64,000 nucleotides of DNA from Sminthopsis crassicaudata (Eukaryota), in assembly GCF_048593235.1 (NCBI RefSeq), contig NC_133617.1, positions 376,654,067-376,718,066 of the forward strand, written 5' to 3'. Within the stretch, counting starts at the first letter, position 1. The number at the start of each line of letters is the position of its first letter. This document shows, piece after piece, positions 13,251 through 26,160 of this stretch. A program made the position numbers and the translations under genes. The notes under the pieces are model-generated. The model made no database searches and was not told where the DNA came from. It saw only the letters and a program-made list of their open reading frames with translations.

Positions 13251-14044
13251 CAGAAGGAAAGACATTAAGGTATTATCCTTTCCCCCCTTTCCCCAATACC
13301 TAATCCAGAGGTGGAGACTTGTGTTACATTTTGAGTGAACAATAGAGCCCATATGACCTCAGAAAAGTCATTTCTTATCCCTGTTCTTTTGTTTCCTGGT
13401 TTCCTCAGTTTCTTCCATTTCAATTTCCTTTGGTGATCCCTCTCCCATTTTCCCCATTCATTCACTAGTATAAGACCTCAGTTCATTTCTAGAAAGAAGA
13501 GACGTTTCACCTTGAGGAGAATTCTCTGCTTTCCTGAAAGCCATACTAGTAGTTTGGCTCTTCATTCAAGTACATTCAAGTTCACCTTATTAAATTCCAT
13601 GTATTCTTGTCATTATTCTCACTATTGTTATATCATAGGGCCAGAGAAATCATTTCAGGATTCTGTCTTTCTTCCCAGGAGACTCTTGCATTGATTTCAG
13701 TGATTCTAAGCACTGTGTTTAGTCTTGTTCACAATGACTCAAATCACAGTTCTAGCACCATTACCTTGGAGATACTTTTATAATCCAATAGTTTTTCACT
13801 GTCAGAAGAACTGATGGCTTTCCCTGCTATTTTTTTCACAGTTTTTTTTTTTTGATTCTAATAACATCTCTCTAAAAGAAGATCAAAAGCCTTTTGCAAG
13901 TATTGCTGTATGTGTCTTTCTAACAGCCCTGTGTTGAAGGTCAATTTTTCATCATTATCATTAATTAACTAATGATTCTTATTTATATTAGAAACCAGAC
14001 TTAGTGAGAAACCAGAGTTGAGCACAGAGATTCTTAACCTGGAT

Positions 14045-14250
14045 TGTAAGGAAAAAAGAGAAAGAGCTGGGATGAGGGAGAGGAGAGAGAGAGAAGGAAA
14101 AAGAGGAAAGAAAGGGAAAAGAAAGAGGAAAGTAAGGGAGGGAGGGAGGAAGAGAAAGGGAAGGAGGGGAGGAAGAAAGAAAAGGAAGAGAGAGGGAGGA
14201 AGGGATGGAGGGAGGAAGGAATGAACAAACGAATGAAGGAAGGAAAGAAG
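14045..14250. repeat. Purine-rich (GGAA/GAGG) low-complexity tract
   Basis: About 200 nt almost entirely A/G on the + strand. Confidence 0.9.
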
Positions 14251-15159
14251 TGAAATGGATTTGTGTTTCAATAGATTTTTTTTTTATTTCATGACACAGA
14301 AATAGTTTAAGAACCCACTCCTGTAGCATTTTATAATCCAAAAAGTTATAAAAAATGACACCCATTCCTATTAAAAAGTTCTAGAAATCATAGGAATTCA
14401 TGAAATAAATTTCTTGGACATGATAAGCAGTATCTACTTAAAACCATCAGCAAGCAGCATATGTAATGGCTATAAGTTAAAAGCAGTACCAATAAGATCA
14501 GAAGTGAAACAAAGATACCTATAATTCAACATTGTACTAAAAATTTTAGCTTTAGCAATAATAAAAGAAAAAGAAATTGAAGGAATTAGAAAAATCAATA
14601 AGAAAATAAAACTCTCTCTTTGCAGATGATATGATGGTATACTTAAGGAATCCTAGAGAATCAACTAAAAATGTTTGAAATAATTAACAATTTTAACAAA
14701 GTTGCATACTATAAAATAAACTCATATCAATAATTAGCATTTCCATATGTTACAAAGTTTGTTCACGAGAGATAGGAATTCTATTTAAAATAACTGTCCA
14801 CAATATAAAATATTTGAGAATCTACCTGCCAAGACCAACTCAGAAACTATATGAATACAATTACAAAATATTTTTCACACAAAGAAAGTCAGATATAAAC
14901 AACTGGAAAATTTTTATTTAATCTGAAAGAACAAAAGGTCAAAAATAATTAAGGGAATTAATATGGGGGAAATGCAAAGGAAGGTGGCCTAGCTGTGCCA
15001 GACCTAAAATATCTCGCATCTATCAAATTAACTATTATGACAGGAAAGAGAAAAATATGATAAGTGTTACAGAAGATATAGGAAAATTAGAACACTATGC
15101 ATTGTTGGTGGAGTTGAAAACTGATTCAGTCATTCTGGAGAACATTGTGGAACTATAGA

Positions 15160-16055
15160 NNNNNNNNNNNNNNNNNNNNNNNNNNNNNNNNNNNNNNNNN
15201 NNNNNNNNNNNNNNNNNNNNNNNNNNNNNNNNNNNNNNNNNNNNNNNNNNNNNNNNNNNNNNNNNNNNNNNNNNNNNNNNNNNNNNNNNNNNNNNNNNNN
15301 NNNNNNNNNNNNNNNNNNNNNNNNNNNNNNNNNNNNNNNNNNNNNNNNNNNNNNNNNNNNNNNNNNNNNNNNNNNNNNNNNNNNNNNNNNNNNNNNNNNN
15401 NNNNNNNNNNNNNNNNNNNNNNNNNNNNNNNNNNNNNNNNNNNNNNNNNNNNNNNNNNNNNNNNNNNNNNNNNNNNNNNNNNNNNNNNNNNNNNNNNNNN
15501 NNNNNNNNNNNNNNNNNNNNNNNNNNNNNNNNNNNNNNNNNNNNNNNNNNNNNNNNNNNNNNNNNNNNNNNNNNNNNNNNNNNNNNNNNNNNNNNNNNNN
15601 NNNNNNNNNNNNNNNNNNNNNNNNNNNNNNNNNNNNNNNNNNNNNNNNNNNNNNNNNNNNNNNNNNNNNNNNNNNNNNNNNNNNNNNNNNNNNNNNNNNN
15701 NNNNNNNNNNNNNNNNNNNNNNNNNNNNNNNNNNNNNNNNNNNNNNNNNNNNNNNNNNNNNNNNNNNNNNNNNNNNNNNNNNNNNNNNNNNNNNNNNNNN
15801 NNNNNNNNNNNNNNNNNNNNNNNNNNNNNNNNNNNNNNNNNNNNNNNNNNNNNNNNNNNNNNNNNNNNNNNNNNNNNNNNNNNNNNNNNNNNNNNNNNNN
15901 NNNNNNNNNNNNNNNNNNNNNNNNNNNNNNNNNNNNNNNNNNNNNNNNNNNNNNNNNNNNNNNNNNNNNNNNNNNNNNNNNNNNNNNNNNNNNNNNNNNN
16001 NNNNNNNNNNNNNNNNNNNNNNNNNNNNNNNNNNNNNNNNNNNNNNNNNNNNNNN
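15160..16055. other. Assembly gap (N run)
   Basis: N bases. Confidence 1.
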
Positions 16056-16178
16056 GTTAAGCAATTCACCCAGGGTTACACAGCTAGGAAGTGTTAAATG
16101 TCTCAGGCCAAATTTGAACTCAGGTCATCCTGACTTTGGGGCTGGTGCGCTCTCCACTGTGCCATCTAACTGCTCCTT
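16056..16178 (-). mobile_element. WSINE1-like SINE
   Basis: cagctaggaagtgttaaatgtctcaggccaaatttgaactcagg...tccactgtgccatctaactgctcc. Confidence 0.85.
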
Positions 16179-19009
16179 GTGCGTTCTTTTAATTCAGCAA
16201 TATTAGGTCTATATTCCAAGAAGATTATAATAAAGGGGAAAGGACCCATTTGTGTAAAAACATACTGATCTCTAAGAAATGATGAATAATTAGCTTTCAG
16301 AAAAATTTGGAAACACTTGCATGAATTTATGGTGAATGAAGTGAGCAGACCCAGTGCAACAGCAACACTGTTCAATGATCAACTATGATACTTAAAACTC
16401 TTCTCACTAATACAATGTAGAAGACTATTCCAAAAAACTCATGAAAGAAAATGCCATCCATAGCCAGAGAAAGAATTATGGAGTCTGAATATAGATTAAA
16501 TCATATTTCTTTTTTTTTTCTCTTTCTCATGGTTTTCCCCTTTGTTCTTCTTTCACAGAATGACTAATGTAGAAATATGACTAACATGATTATACATGTG
16601 TAACCTAAAAAAAAGATGTACATTCATCGTATAAATTTAGCATATTGTTTAAAATATGTGCTTAGTGTTTTAATAGTGTCATGACTAAAAGGAAAGTTAT
16701 AGAAGTTGTCAGGAGAAAGGTACCACAAGGCTTCCTGTCATTTAGGGAATCTTTTTTCAGTCTTCTTGTCATTTCAATTGTTGTTATGAAGGGAAAGATC
16801 AAGTTATATTTAAAAGAAAGAATTTTTAACTTAGAGTTTCCATTATCAAAAGAGATGAACTATTTGTGCATGTATTAGAGATCTATAACTAGCATCAATT
16901 AACTGGAGATTTTTCCAAGGTGCAGAAATTTAGAGGCTGTTCTTTTAGCATTATAGAATCAGTTGAGTCGAATTCTGAGTTAGCATTGATTAATTACTTA
17001 AATTAAAAAGGTATCAGATTGTGGACTTTGCTTTTGCTTTATATTTAGGGTTTTTTATATAGTCATATTGCTTCCACATTAGAATTTCAATTCCTTGAGA
17101 CAGGATCTATTTTAAGTTTTTCTTTGTATTCTCAGTTCTTAACAAATAATATCTGATTCCTTCTGCCCCACTTCCATGTGGGGTTCTGCTCAGACTTACC
17201 CAATCTTTATTCACTCCCTCTGCACCCTATATAACCTTCCCAGCTGTGTACCGTGATGTTTCAAGCTTTTTCCTCCTTTCAATGGATTTGCCTTTAAAAA
17301 GTTGATTTGAAGGTTGGTTACATACTGTTTGCTCTGGGCACTTGATAAACTTGCCATAGGCACTGATATTGCTAGTTAAGATTGGTGCATCAAGCATTAT
17401 TTCTTATAGTATTGTTGATTTCCTTGTCCAATTTCAAGTGACAAAAATAGTCTAACTTCACTGCTTCCTTTGGGAGATGATTTCAAGTTCAATGGATTCC
17501 CTGTGAGGAAAAGATACTCTTGCCAGTCAGTTATATAATGCTACTAAATACAAACTAGAAAGCTAGATGGTTTTATTAGCCATAATCCTCTGGTTTGATA
17601 AGAATGAAGGACTCATTCTATTATTCCTGTGGCTGCTATAGTCAATACAATTGTTATTGTAAATTTTAAAACATCTCATTGTCTCACTTGTTCTTTATTC
17701 CCACAGTATAAAAATATTGATGCTTTGAACTTAGGGTTTTCCTTTTTTCATGTCTCAAAATTAGTTATATTTGGTTTCTATTTATAATGCTCACACTTTA
17801 AAGGCAGAGACTTTACCTTCTTTTGTATTTCAAATAGTTTTTTCTACTGTGTCAAGAACTTAGGAATCATTCCCTTTTTAAAAAATTGCCATTTTGAAAT
17901 TTTGACTTAAAGATGAGGGAAAGGGGAAGCTGGAGGAAAAAAAATCTATAGCTGGCTAATTCAAAATATTAATGTGAGGGCTAAACATAAATTTATTTAT
18001 TTTTTCTTCTACAATCCTTAAAGGGGCAGTTTAATCTCAAGAGCAGAAATTTAAAAGCACAGTAACTGCTGCCCATCCAAACCTTTTAGATTAGTGTGTT
18101 TTATAGCCATCTGAAGAAAGCCACAGGGACTGGAGAAAAGAAGAATGTTTTATAGATGGATGGAAAGCTACTTAAAAGCACAGAAAAATCAATGTATCCA
18201 GAACACTTGACACAGGTTCACTGTTTGACTGTAGCATGAGGAGCGATATGTTAGCTCGAAAAGAAGATTGTCCTTTTACCATGCATTCAAGTACATTTTA
18301 CCTATCTAGTGCAGACGTTTTGTCATATTTTAAAACTAGAAATCTCTTGTCCTCTTGAATTGGTAAATACCATATTTATTCATGTAATTTCCCTTTTATG
18401 CTCTTTCACTCTAAAATAACAGCTAACATTTGCATAGGGCTTTTCAAGTTATTAAAAGTATTTTACATACTAATTTGATTCTCTACTTTTATAAAGTAGA
18501 TAGTTTAGTCATTAATTTTCCCATGTTTCAGATATGGAAACTGAGTCTAGAAGAATATAAATGAATTGTCTGAGCTCTTCTAACAAGTAAGTAGAAGTAG
18601 CATCCAAAAAAGCACTTTTGATTCTGGAACCAGGGCCCATTCCCCCGTTTCTTACTAGACAAAACAAAGGCATAAAGTATTATATTGCCATCTTGCTTTT
18701 TTTCTCCCTTGGGAATTTATCAAAGATACAATTAGTCAGAAGGGTTCCAACTGCTTTTTTTTTCCTTCTCCTTTTCCCCTGAAGTTTAGCTAAGCGGTCC
18801 AGAAGACACAATACTAGTCTTGGAGTCAAAATAAAAGAGTTCAGATTCTATCAGAAACATATATTAGCTATGTGACCCTAGGCAAGTCACTTAAGCTCTC
18901 TGAGTCTCCATTTCCTTATAATAAAGAAAAATGATTTGACCAGATCAACTTCTTTTTAGCTCTAAATCCTTCCCTATGTCCTACTTTGAAAGAATTCTGG
19001 ATAATGACA

Positions 19010-19165
19010 CCACATATATAATCAAAATCATATTGCTTGCCTTCTCAAGAGGTTTGAGAGGGCAGGAGAGAGAGGAAGAGAATTTAGAAAAATGCATGTT
19101 AACTTTTATGTGTAATCAGAACATATTTAATGAAATATATAAAATTATATCAAAAGAGAAAGAAA
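19010..19165 (+). mobile_element. Old L1 3' terminal fragment
   Basis: tatataatcaaaatcatattgcttgccttctcaagagg...gagagagaggaagagaatttagaa is a typical marsupial L1 3' end. Confidence 0.6.
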
Positions 19166-20398
19166 GCTAAACTCATTCTTTACAGTAGAAAGTTACTTGC
19201 TTGCATTCCTCATGTCTTTATATATAGGAAATGATAACTTGCAAGTCACGTTTCTGTTCAGTCTTCCCTTTCTAACTCCAAGTTTGGAGCTTGAGAAAAG
19301 AAAGAATAGAAAGTGATCAAAGCCTCAGCTTACTATTTCTATGTCCCTAAAGAGATGGACATGCATCATCAAATCTAATAATCTTGCCACTTCCATCCCA
19401 GTTTAGGTAAGAAGGAACCAGAGAATGACAGAAAGTTAGAGACAGGGCTGATTGACTTTGTTGTCATAGGATGCTAGATTTCACACTGGAAGAGACCTTA
19501 GAGATCATTTAGTACAATTTCTCATGCTTCAGATAAGGCAACTGAGGCCAGGAGAGGTGAACTAGACGGCACAGGTAGCAGGTAGAGCTCAGATACTAAC
19601 TCAGGGCCTCAGATTTTCAATATTGCAGTCTTTCTACTCTTCCAAACTGCCTGTCTTATACTATTTATTCCATCATACATTTTATTGAACCAGCTCAGTT
19701 ATTGAGCTACACTACTAGACCTAAACCTAGGACTTCTTTTTACCCTATCCCTTTCAGGACTCTCGGTATACTCAATTCTATGATCTTGATGAGCATCAAA
19801 TTCAAAATATGCCCTGATCGGAGCTCTACGAGCAGTTGCACAGACCATTTCATATGGTGTGCCCAAGGTCATAAAGTTAGTAAATAGCAAAACTAGAATT
19901 TTAATCCAAAAATGCTAGGTTTCAGAGCCAATTTTTTTTTATTTGCTCTGTTTTATTTTGTTGTTTTTCTTTGTTTTCCCTACCTACTTATCTATAAGCA
20001 GGAACTGTAAATTTAATTTAATCTTTTATCTCACCTGGCTTCTGATACTTAGAGGTCCCTTATTTGTCAGTAAGATAGTTGTTCTTTAAAAACAAACAAA
20101 CAAACACAAATAATAACATCCTTTTTAAAAAAGTATTGAAAATAAAATGTATGCTTGTTTACTTTTAAAAATTTATATGCAGTGGAATATTTGATGACTA
20201 AAAATAGAGAAGTAAATATGTTAGGGTAATCTCAGAATAAGACAAGGGATATTGTTTGCACAGTGATGCACTTTGATCATTTTATATGACAGTTTGGCCT
20301 ACATTAGGGATTCGTGATGTGTAAGTCATGTTGTATCTGTTTTATCTTTGTTTCTGCAATGGAACACAAACAATACAGCCCCCATGGGCTGTATTAAT

Positions 20399-20540
20399 TT
20401 TTTCCCCCCTGAGGCTGGGGTTAAGTGACTTGCCCAGGGTCACACAGCTAGGAAGTGTTAAGTGTCTGAGACCAGATTTGAACTCTGGTCCTCCTGAATT
20501 CAAGGCTGGTGCTCTATCCACTGCGCCCCCTAGCTGCCCC
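20399..20540 (-). mobile_element. Young WSINE1-like SINE with 13-bp TSD
   Basis: Near-consensus body with a retained CpG. Identical gggctgtattaat at 20386-20398 and 20541-20553. Confidence 0.92.
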
Positions 20541-21619
20541 GGGCTGTATTAATATCAATTCCTATGGAATGTATAATATAGTTAAAGGTACTGAAGTGAA
20601 GTGGTTAAGTGACCATGTACATTGAAAATCAGAAATTTTCAGTATTAGCAGAATTTGTTTCAGTGAGTTGCTTGAGCAACCACTCAGAAAATCATCATCT
20701 TATTAATATTGACCCTTTGTGGGACACATTTTCACAGAATATCATTTCTGAATTTTGTATTTCTAGCAACTTCACTTAAGAGATGGTGTATTTGGTTCTG
20801 ATAGGGTCATATGAGAGCTTGGCCAAGCAGACTCTGGCTCCTGTCCAGGAAGGAATCAATGTGGTCAGCAATCATGGAGAGGAAAAGGCCCCTTTCAGTC
20901 CTCTCAATTGGAGAATGTAAATGAATTGGCTGCTCCATGGGAGGCTTCATCACAGTTCTCAGATTAAATGGAATGTAGCACTGTGTACTCCTGTGATTAG
21001 TTGGGTTGGTTCATATTGAAATAAAATAGCCCGATATCTTTGCTGCCTTGGAAGCACTTTTCCCCTTCACCCCAAAATCATTTATATTCCTCATCATTGC
21101 TGTGATTGTTGCTATTTCCAAAGCAGTATTATCAAATTTTATTATAGTTAGCTCTTTAAAATGACTACAAATGGGTAGATTCAGCAAAATGAAATGGATA
21201 GGATGTAACTTTTTATCACTCTAAACAGAGATGGAATGCACTGTGGCTTGATGGATAGAAAACCAGCTTTGGAATCAGAAAGATTTGGGTTTAAGTCTTT
21301 CCTCTGACATGTACTGGTCTTCTTACTCTCAGGGAATCATTTAGCTCCAGCTGCCTCATGCACAGTCCATGAATAGATTTCAAGGAGTCTTTGGAACCTG
21401 GATAAAGAGGGAAAAAATCTTTATTGTCACTCACATCTAACTGAAAATGAACATACCTATCAATTATGATTTTAAAATATCCTAAGAACTGTTATATGAA
21501 GTTCATTAGACTAGTAACAAAAGTATTTTTAAAATATAGTTTGTAAATGCTGCTCTGTCTATAGTTGAAAAGAAGGCGTTATTCTGTATGAGTAAAGGGA
21601 GTTTTTCTTTCTGGGAGTC

Positions 21620-21755
21620 CCTGATCACAATAAAATAAGGAAGAATAAAAGAAAGAGAGAAAGAGTAGAGAAGAGAGAGAAGGGATAAAAGGAACTAATG
21701 AAGGAAGGAAGGAAGGAAAAAATAAAGGAAGGGAGGAAGGAAGATAAAAGAAAAA
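21620..21755. repeat. Purine-rich (GGAA)n-type low-complexity tract
   Basis: Directly visible. Confidence 0.85.
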
Positions 21756-22909
21756 TTCCCTGAAAATTTGCGGCATTTATGAGAAGACTAAAAATATTTC
21801 CTGGCTTATGCATATCCTTTACTAATCTTCCTGAAAACTTTCTTACCTAAAACATTGGCTGGATGGTGTTATTTAAATTTGCAGAAATACGTTAATCTAT
21901 GCATAACAAATACATGTGGTATTGAGCATAAGAAATTTCTTAAATAACAAAATATAGAATTTCAATTGGAAAGGAGTCTGGAAGCACATGCTTAAAGTAG
22001 ATTAGGCTCTGCACCATACGCAAGGAGTGGTCACCCCATCTTTTCTTGAAAACTTCTAATTAGGAGTGAAGTTCCTTGACTCCAATTTTAGTACCCTTTT
22101 CATTAGAACTCACTTCTCTTTGCCAGTAGCCTGAAGGGCATCCTAACACTCTTGATTTGATTTTCTGCCTCTTAGTCTGTGAGCATGACAGCAGACAGTG
22201 TGTTGTCTAATTAGTAAAATTTGTTGACAAATGTTAGGTGGTTTTTACTGGAGAGTTTTGGCAGTATTAAAGCTCTCCAAAGGGTATATAACTTGGATGA
22301 TCTTCAGAATTTTAAAATCATTGTTTATGTTCATATTCCACATGAAGGAAGGGACAAATATTTATTAAGTACCTACTATACACCAAGCACTGTTCTAAAT
22401 ACTACCTCATTTGATTCCCACAATAATCCTGGGAAATACTTTTGTCATCGCATTGTACAGTTGAGGAAATTGGGGTGGGCAGAGGTTAAATTTGCATTCA
22501 AGATCATACAGTTTGTAAAAGTCTGAGGCTGAATTTGAACCCACTTATTCCTGACTCCAAGCCAAGCTCTCAAGTCACCTGAGGATACAAAGGTAAAAAT
22601 GATATATTCATTTCTCTCAATGATTTTCCATTTTCAAAGGAAAAGGGGACATAAATAAGCATATAGGAAATAATGGCAAATTTGAAAGCAAAAGTTCCTA
22701 GAATCTGAGTATTTGCAAAATTTTCATATAGAGGGTTGTACTTCAACTGAGATTTCAAAGAAGCTTGGGATTCTAATTTGCAGTGATAGAGGAAGTGTAC
22801 CCTACCCATGAATTGATCAATTCATCATTCATATAAGTATAAATGTCAAATTTTATTTTTGGTTTAAAAACTCAACTGAATTTGTTTTGAAAAATGGAAA
22901 CATGACTAT

Positions 22910-23480
22910 TAGACAATAGTTCATATGAAATAAAAGACCTGGGGGTTATAGCAAAATGAATTCTCAGTATGAGAGAGCAGAGTAACATGACCACTGAAAA
23001 CAGCAATTCAATTTTGTGTTGCCCTTATAGTTTTCAGAACATGAGAGTTTGGTAGTTTATTGGAGTCTGTTGTGATCAGTCTTTATCTAGAAGTTTGTAT
23101 CCAGGTCTGCATACCACATTTCATAAAAGACATAAACTAGTTGGAATCTGTCCAGCAAAGTATGATATGGCATCAGTGGTGATGAGATTAATTGATGAAA
23201 AAGATGAAATTTGTCCTAAAGAAGACTTACCTACCTAGGTTATTATTGCTACCTTTAAAGCTCTGAAAGATTTAGGAGGGACTTTTTTTTCTTTCATTGT
23301 AGTCCTGGATTAAAGCTATAGAAAATCAAAGTTTGACTCAACATATAAGATTTCTTAGAAATTACATCTGTTTAACAATGAAATTTATCACCTAAAACAG
23401 TTTGTTTTCTGATATTTAACTCAGAGGTTAAAGGGTCTTATGGTAAGAATTTATTTTTCCTTTTATGGTAGGGATTTTAT
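22910..23480 (+). mobile_element. CR1/L3 LINE 3' fragment
   Basis: aaagacctgggggttatag...ccaggtctgcataccacatttcataaaagacat...gaagactta...gtttgactcaacatataag follows the order of the L3 3' consensus. Confidence 0.7.
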
Positions 23481-26010
23481 ACAGGGAATTTGTACTTGAA
23501 TAAGAAAATGTAATAGATGATTTTCTAAGTCTCCTAGTTAGAAAGTAATTTCATATCTATTCCTCATTTGAGCCTCAACAAAATTTTTAAAATATTAAGT
23601 TTTTAAAGTATTCTTACATGATAGAGGGCCAAAAATTTTAATAGTCAGTCCCCTCAAGAAGTTTGCATTCTACTGGGGGAAAGATATATACCTTTGTTAA
23701 TGAGATATCATGCAGGAAGCAACCAACATTTCTATGTTATAAGGAAAACTTGTGGGGCCATGCCTCTAAAATTTTTACTGCTCTCACTAGAATATACTTG
23801 CTATTAGCAGTTGCCAGAAGACCAGATTTTGAAAAAGAGTACTTAAAAAACATTTTCTCTAAAATTTATACCATGCTCTTATAAATATAGGTTTTTATTG
23901 ACATCTATGCTTATCTCTTTCTTCTATTTCTGTTTCTTTATGTCTTTATGCCATGTCTATGTCTGTGTCTGTGTCTCCCTCCCCTCATGCCCCAGGCATT
24001 CTATTCCTCAAATTTGTGTTTTATCTTGGGTGGCGCTTTCTATATCTGTGTTTCTGAGCTGTCTCTACTCCTGCATCTATGTCCCAAATTATTTCAAACT
24101 AGGAAATTTTCACATTGGAGAAAGAGTATCTCCCTTAATGGGAGACACTTCCAGGTTACATGGTTTAAGGGCAAGTTAAGAGAGAAAAATCACTGTTGGT
24201 CCCTTTGAGGATTTATTTTCCCATCTAACTCCAAGCTTGCAATTTCTCCCACTCATGAAATGGAATTGCTTAAATTCCTCTAGGGCTTAGCTCTTTAAAG
24301 CCCCCAAAGGCCCAGCTAATTTGTTTGCTTAGCAAATACCCTTCCTCCCTTTTTAACTTAATTAGAAAGATGTTTCCACTTCATAAAGATATTAAACTCT
24401 CTCTTTTTCTTTCTCTTTCTTTGTCTTGGTCTCTTTTTCTCTTTCTCTTTCTCTCTCTTGTCTCTGTGTCTCCCCACTCTCTGATAATAAACATGTTTAT
24501 GCATAAATATACATATATCTTCATATTATCTATCTATACATATATATATATATCTTTTATAGTTGAACAATTAAAATCTCATTTTGGCACTTATTCAATA
24601 ACAATAGTTAAGTTGGGATAGGGGAAAACTGTTTCTATTAATTATGCACTTACATACACAACCTTGTAATAATTTTGTGAGGGAGATGGTGAAGATTTTG
24701 TCTCCATTTTATTTACAAGGAAACTGTAGCCCACAGAGAACTGTCTTGTCTTAGGTCATATAATATGGAATGAGTAAGAATTAGAACTCCTATCCTTGCT
24801 TCTTAATTTCTCATCCCATTTTCTTTCCATTTTATTATGACTCTAAAACATAAATGATAAGTGACAATATATCTCATTTTGGCTTTATAGCAATCTCTTG
24901 AAAGAAGAACTATTATTTCTACTTTGCAAAGTGAGGAAACTGGGGCTCTCCGTATTTTAAATGAGGTCTTAATCCTGACTCAGCTACAGTAGTTAATGGA
25001 TATACTTTACTTCCAATAAGCACTTAATACAAAAATAATAACTAAGCATATACCTCTCATTAGGGTCCTTATTGAATTTTTTCAGGCCTAGTTTAAGAGC
25101 AGTCATTTACTGAGGACTCTTACATACTGAAAACCTATGATTTTTCAGATTGTAAAAAGCAGACTCAATCTTTATTTGATTAATCATTAGGGACTCTGAT
25201 TATCTCACTTTTTCCCTTCTTTTCTTCATGCCCTGTTCCTGCTCTCTGGTTGTAGTTTGTATCTCACCATTTAAAAAGTAAGAAAGAAAAGGAAGAAATA
25301 GAAAAATGAAAGCTTTATAACAAATTTTAAGTCCCAAGGTGCCAGAGAATTAGAAATCAAATACAAATGTTCAGCCTAGGAAATTGGACAGCTCCCTAAA
25401 TAGGGCAGCAAGAAACTTTGATCCAGTTTTTATTTCCTTATTTGAAGATAAATGAAAGTAGTCAGGTGATTATTAAGACCCTTCCAACTTCATAATTCCC
25501 CTATGTCTTCCGATGATCCTTGGAGGCGAGGGGAAGAGGTGGGAAATAGAGAAATAAAGACTCATCCTGTTGTCCTTGGTTAATCCATCCCAACTTGATT
25601 TCCAATTATCCTCAGAGCCACTAATGGAAAGGTACTATTTTATCTTAGAAAGGTTCTTTCTTATTATTGAAAACCCGTTTAGAAAATGAGGCTATTTTCC
25701 TATATACTCAAAGACAATGCTGGTGTGTGTGTGAGAGAGAGAAGAATATCCCTGATTGACAAAATCCTAGTAATTGTCATCTAAGTGACTCTGAAGAAAT
25801 ATTTGGGGTCTTAGACACATTAAGCAGTGTGCTGGCATATCCAATCAACACATAATAAATATACTGGAGGAGGTGATTTGGCATAAGGTCAATTATGAGG
25901 TTTCTAAGTCAGTTAAAGACCCAGATTTAGTGACCTTAGTTGTCTTGTTAGATAAGGAAGGTTATTAGGCACTCTAGAAAAAAATTCTGTCCTCTGGCAA
26001 GACAAATGTA

Positions 26011-26160
26011 ACCTAGTATTCTTAACCTGTTTTGTGTCATGGATCCCTTTGGGCAGTATAGGGAAACCTATGGACCCTTTCTCAGAAAAAAATGTTTTTA
26101 AATGGATAAAATACATAAGATTATAAAAGAAACCCATTATGTTAAAATGCAGAAATACAT
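26011..26160. mobile_element. hAT-Charlie family terminal fragment
   Basis: ttcttaacctgttttgtgtcatggatccctttgggcag...cctatggacccttttctcagaa is a Charlie-type terminus. Confidence 0.65.

Larger units (their letters stand above)
14375..16615 (+). mobile_element. Decayed LINE-1 (ORF2 RT region to 3' end), split by a gap and a SINE
   Basis: tttgcagatgatatg (FADDM, RT catalytic motif) at 14619-14633, L1-like flanking sequence, and a marsupial L1 3' end ending in an A-run near 16615. Multiple frameshifts and stops. Confidence 0.85.

Noticed and set aside
14375-15159. Reverse-transcriptase motif as a possible active gene
   Set aside because: The L1 ORF2 remnant is truncated and riddled with stops and frameshifts.
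12762-16206. Long ORFs spanning N runs (also at 34610-35147, 58731-59042 and 60934-61309)
   Set aside because: They are open only because N codons are not stops.
17200-17500. Minus-strand acceptor/donor pair (TGG|GTAAGT)
   Set aside because: The 301-nt segment has stops in all three frames and no other support.
20035-20083. 49-nt minus-strand exon-like segment (CAG|GTGAGA)
   Set aside because: Not frame-preserving, the acceptor tract is a (GTTT)n simple repeat, and no regulatory motifs are present.
20399-20540. tRNA-like A/B-box sequences in SINE heads
   Set aside because: They are tRNA-derived SINE 5' regions with TSDs and tails, not tRNA genes.
22808-22825. 18-bp palindrome atgaattgatcaattcat (and 16-bp cattaattaattaatg at 29873-29888)
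   Set aside because: Palindromes of this length are expected by chance in 64 kb of AT-rich DNA.
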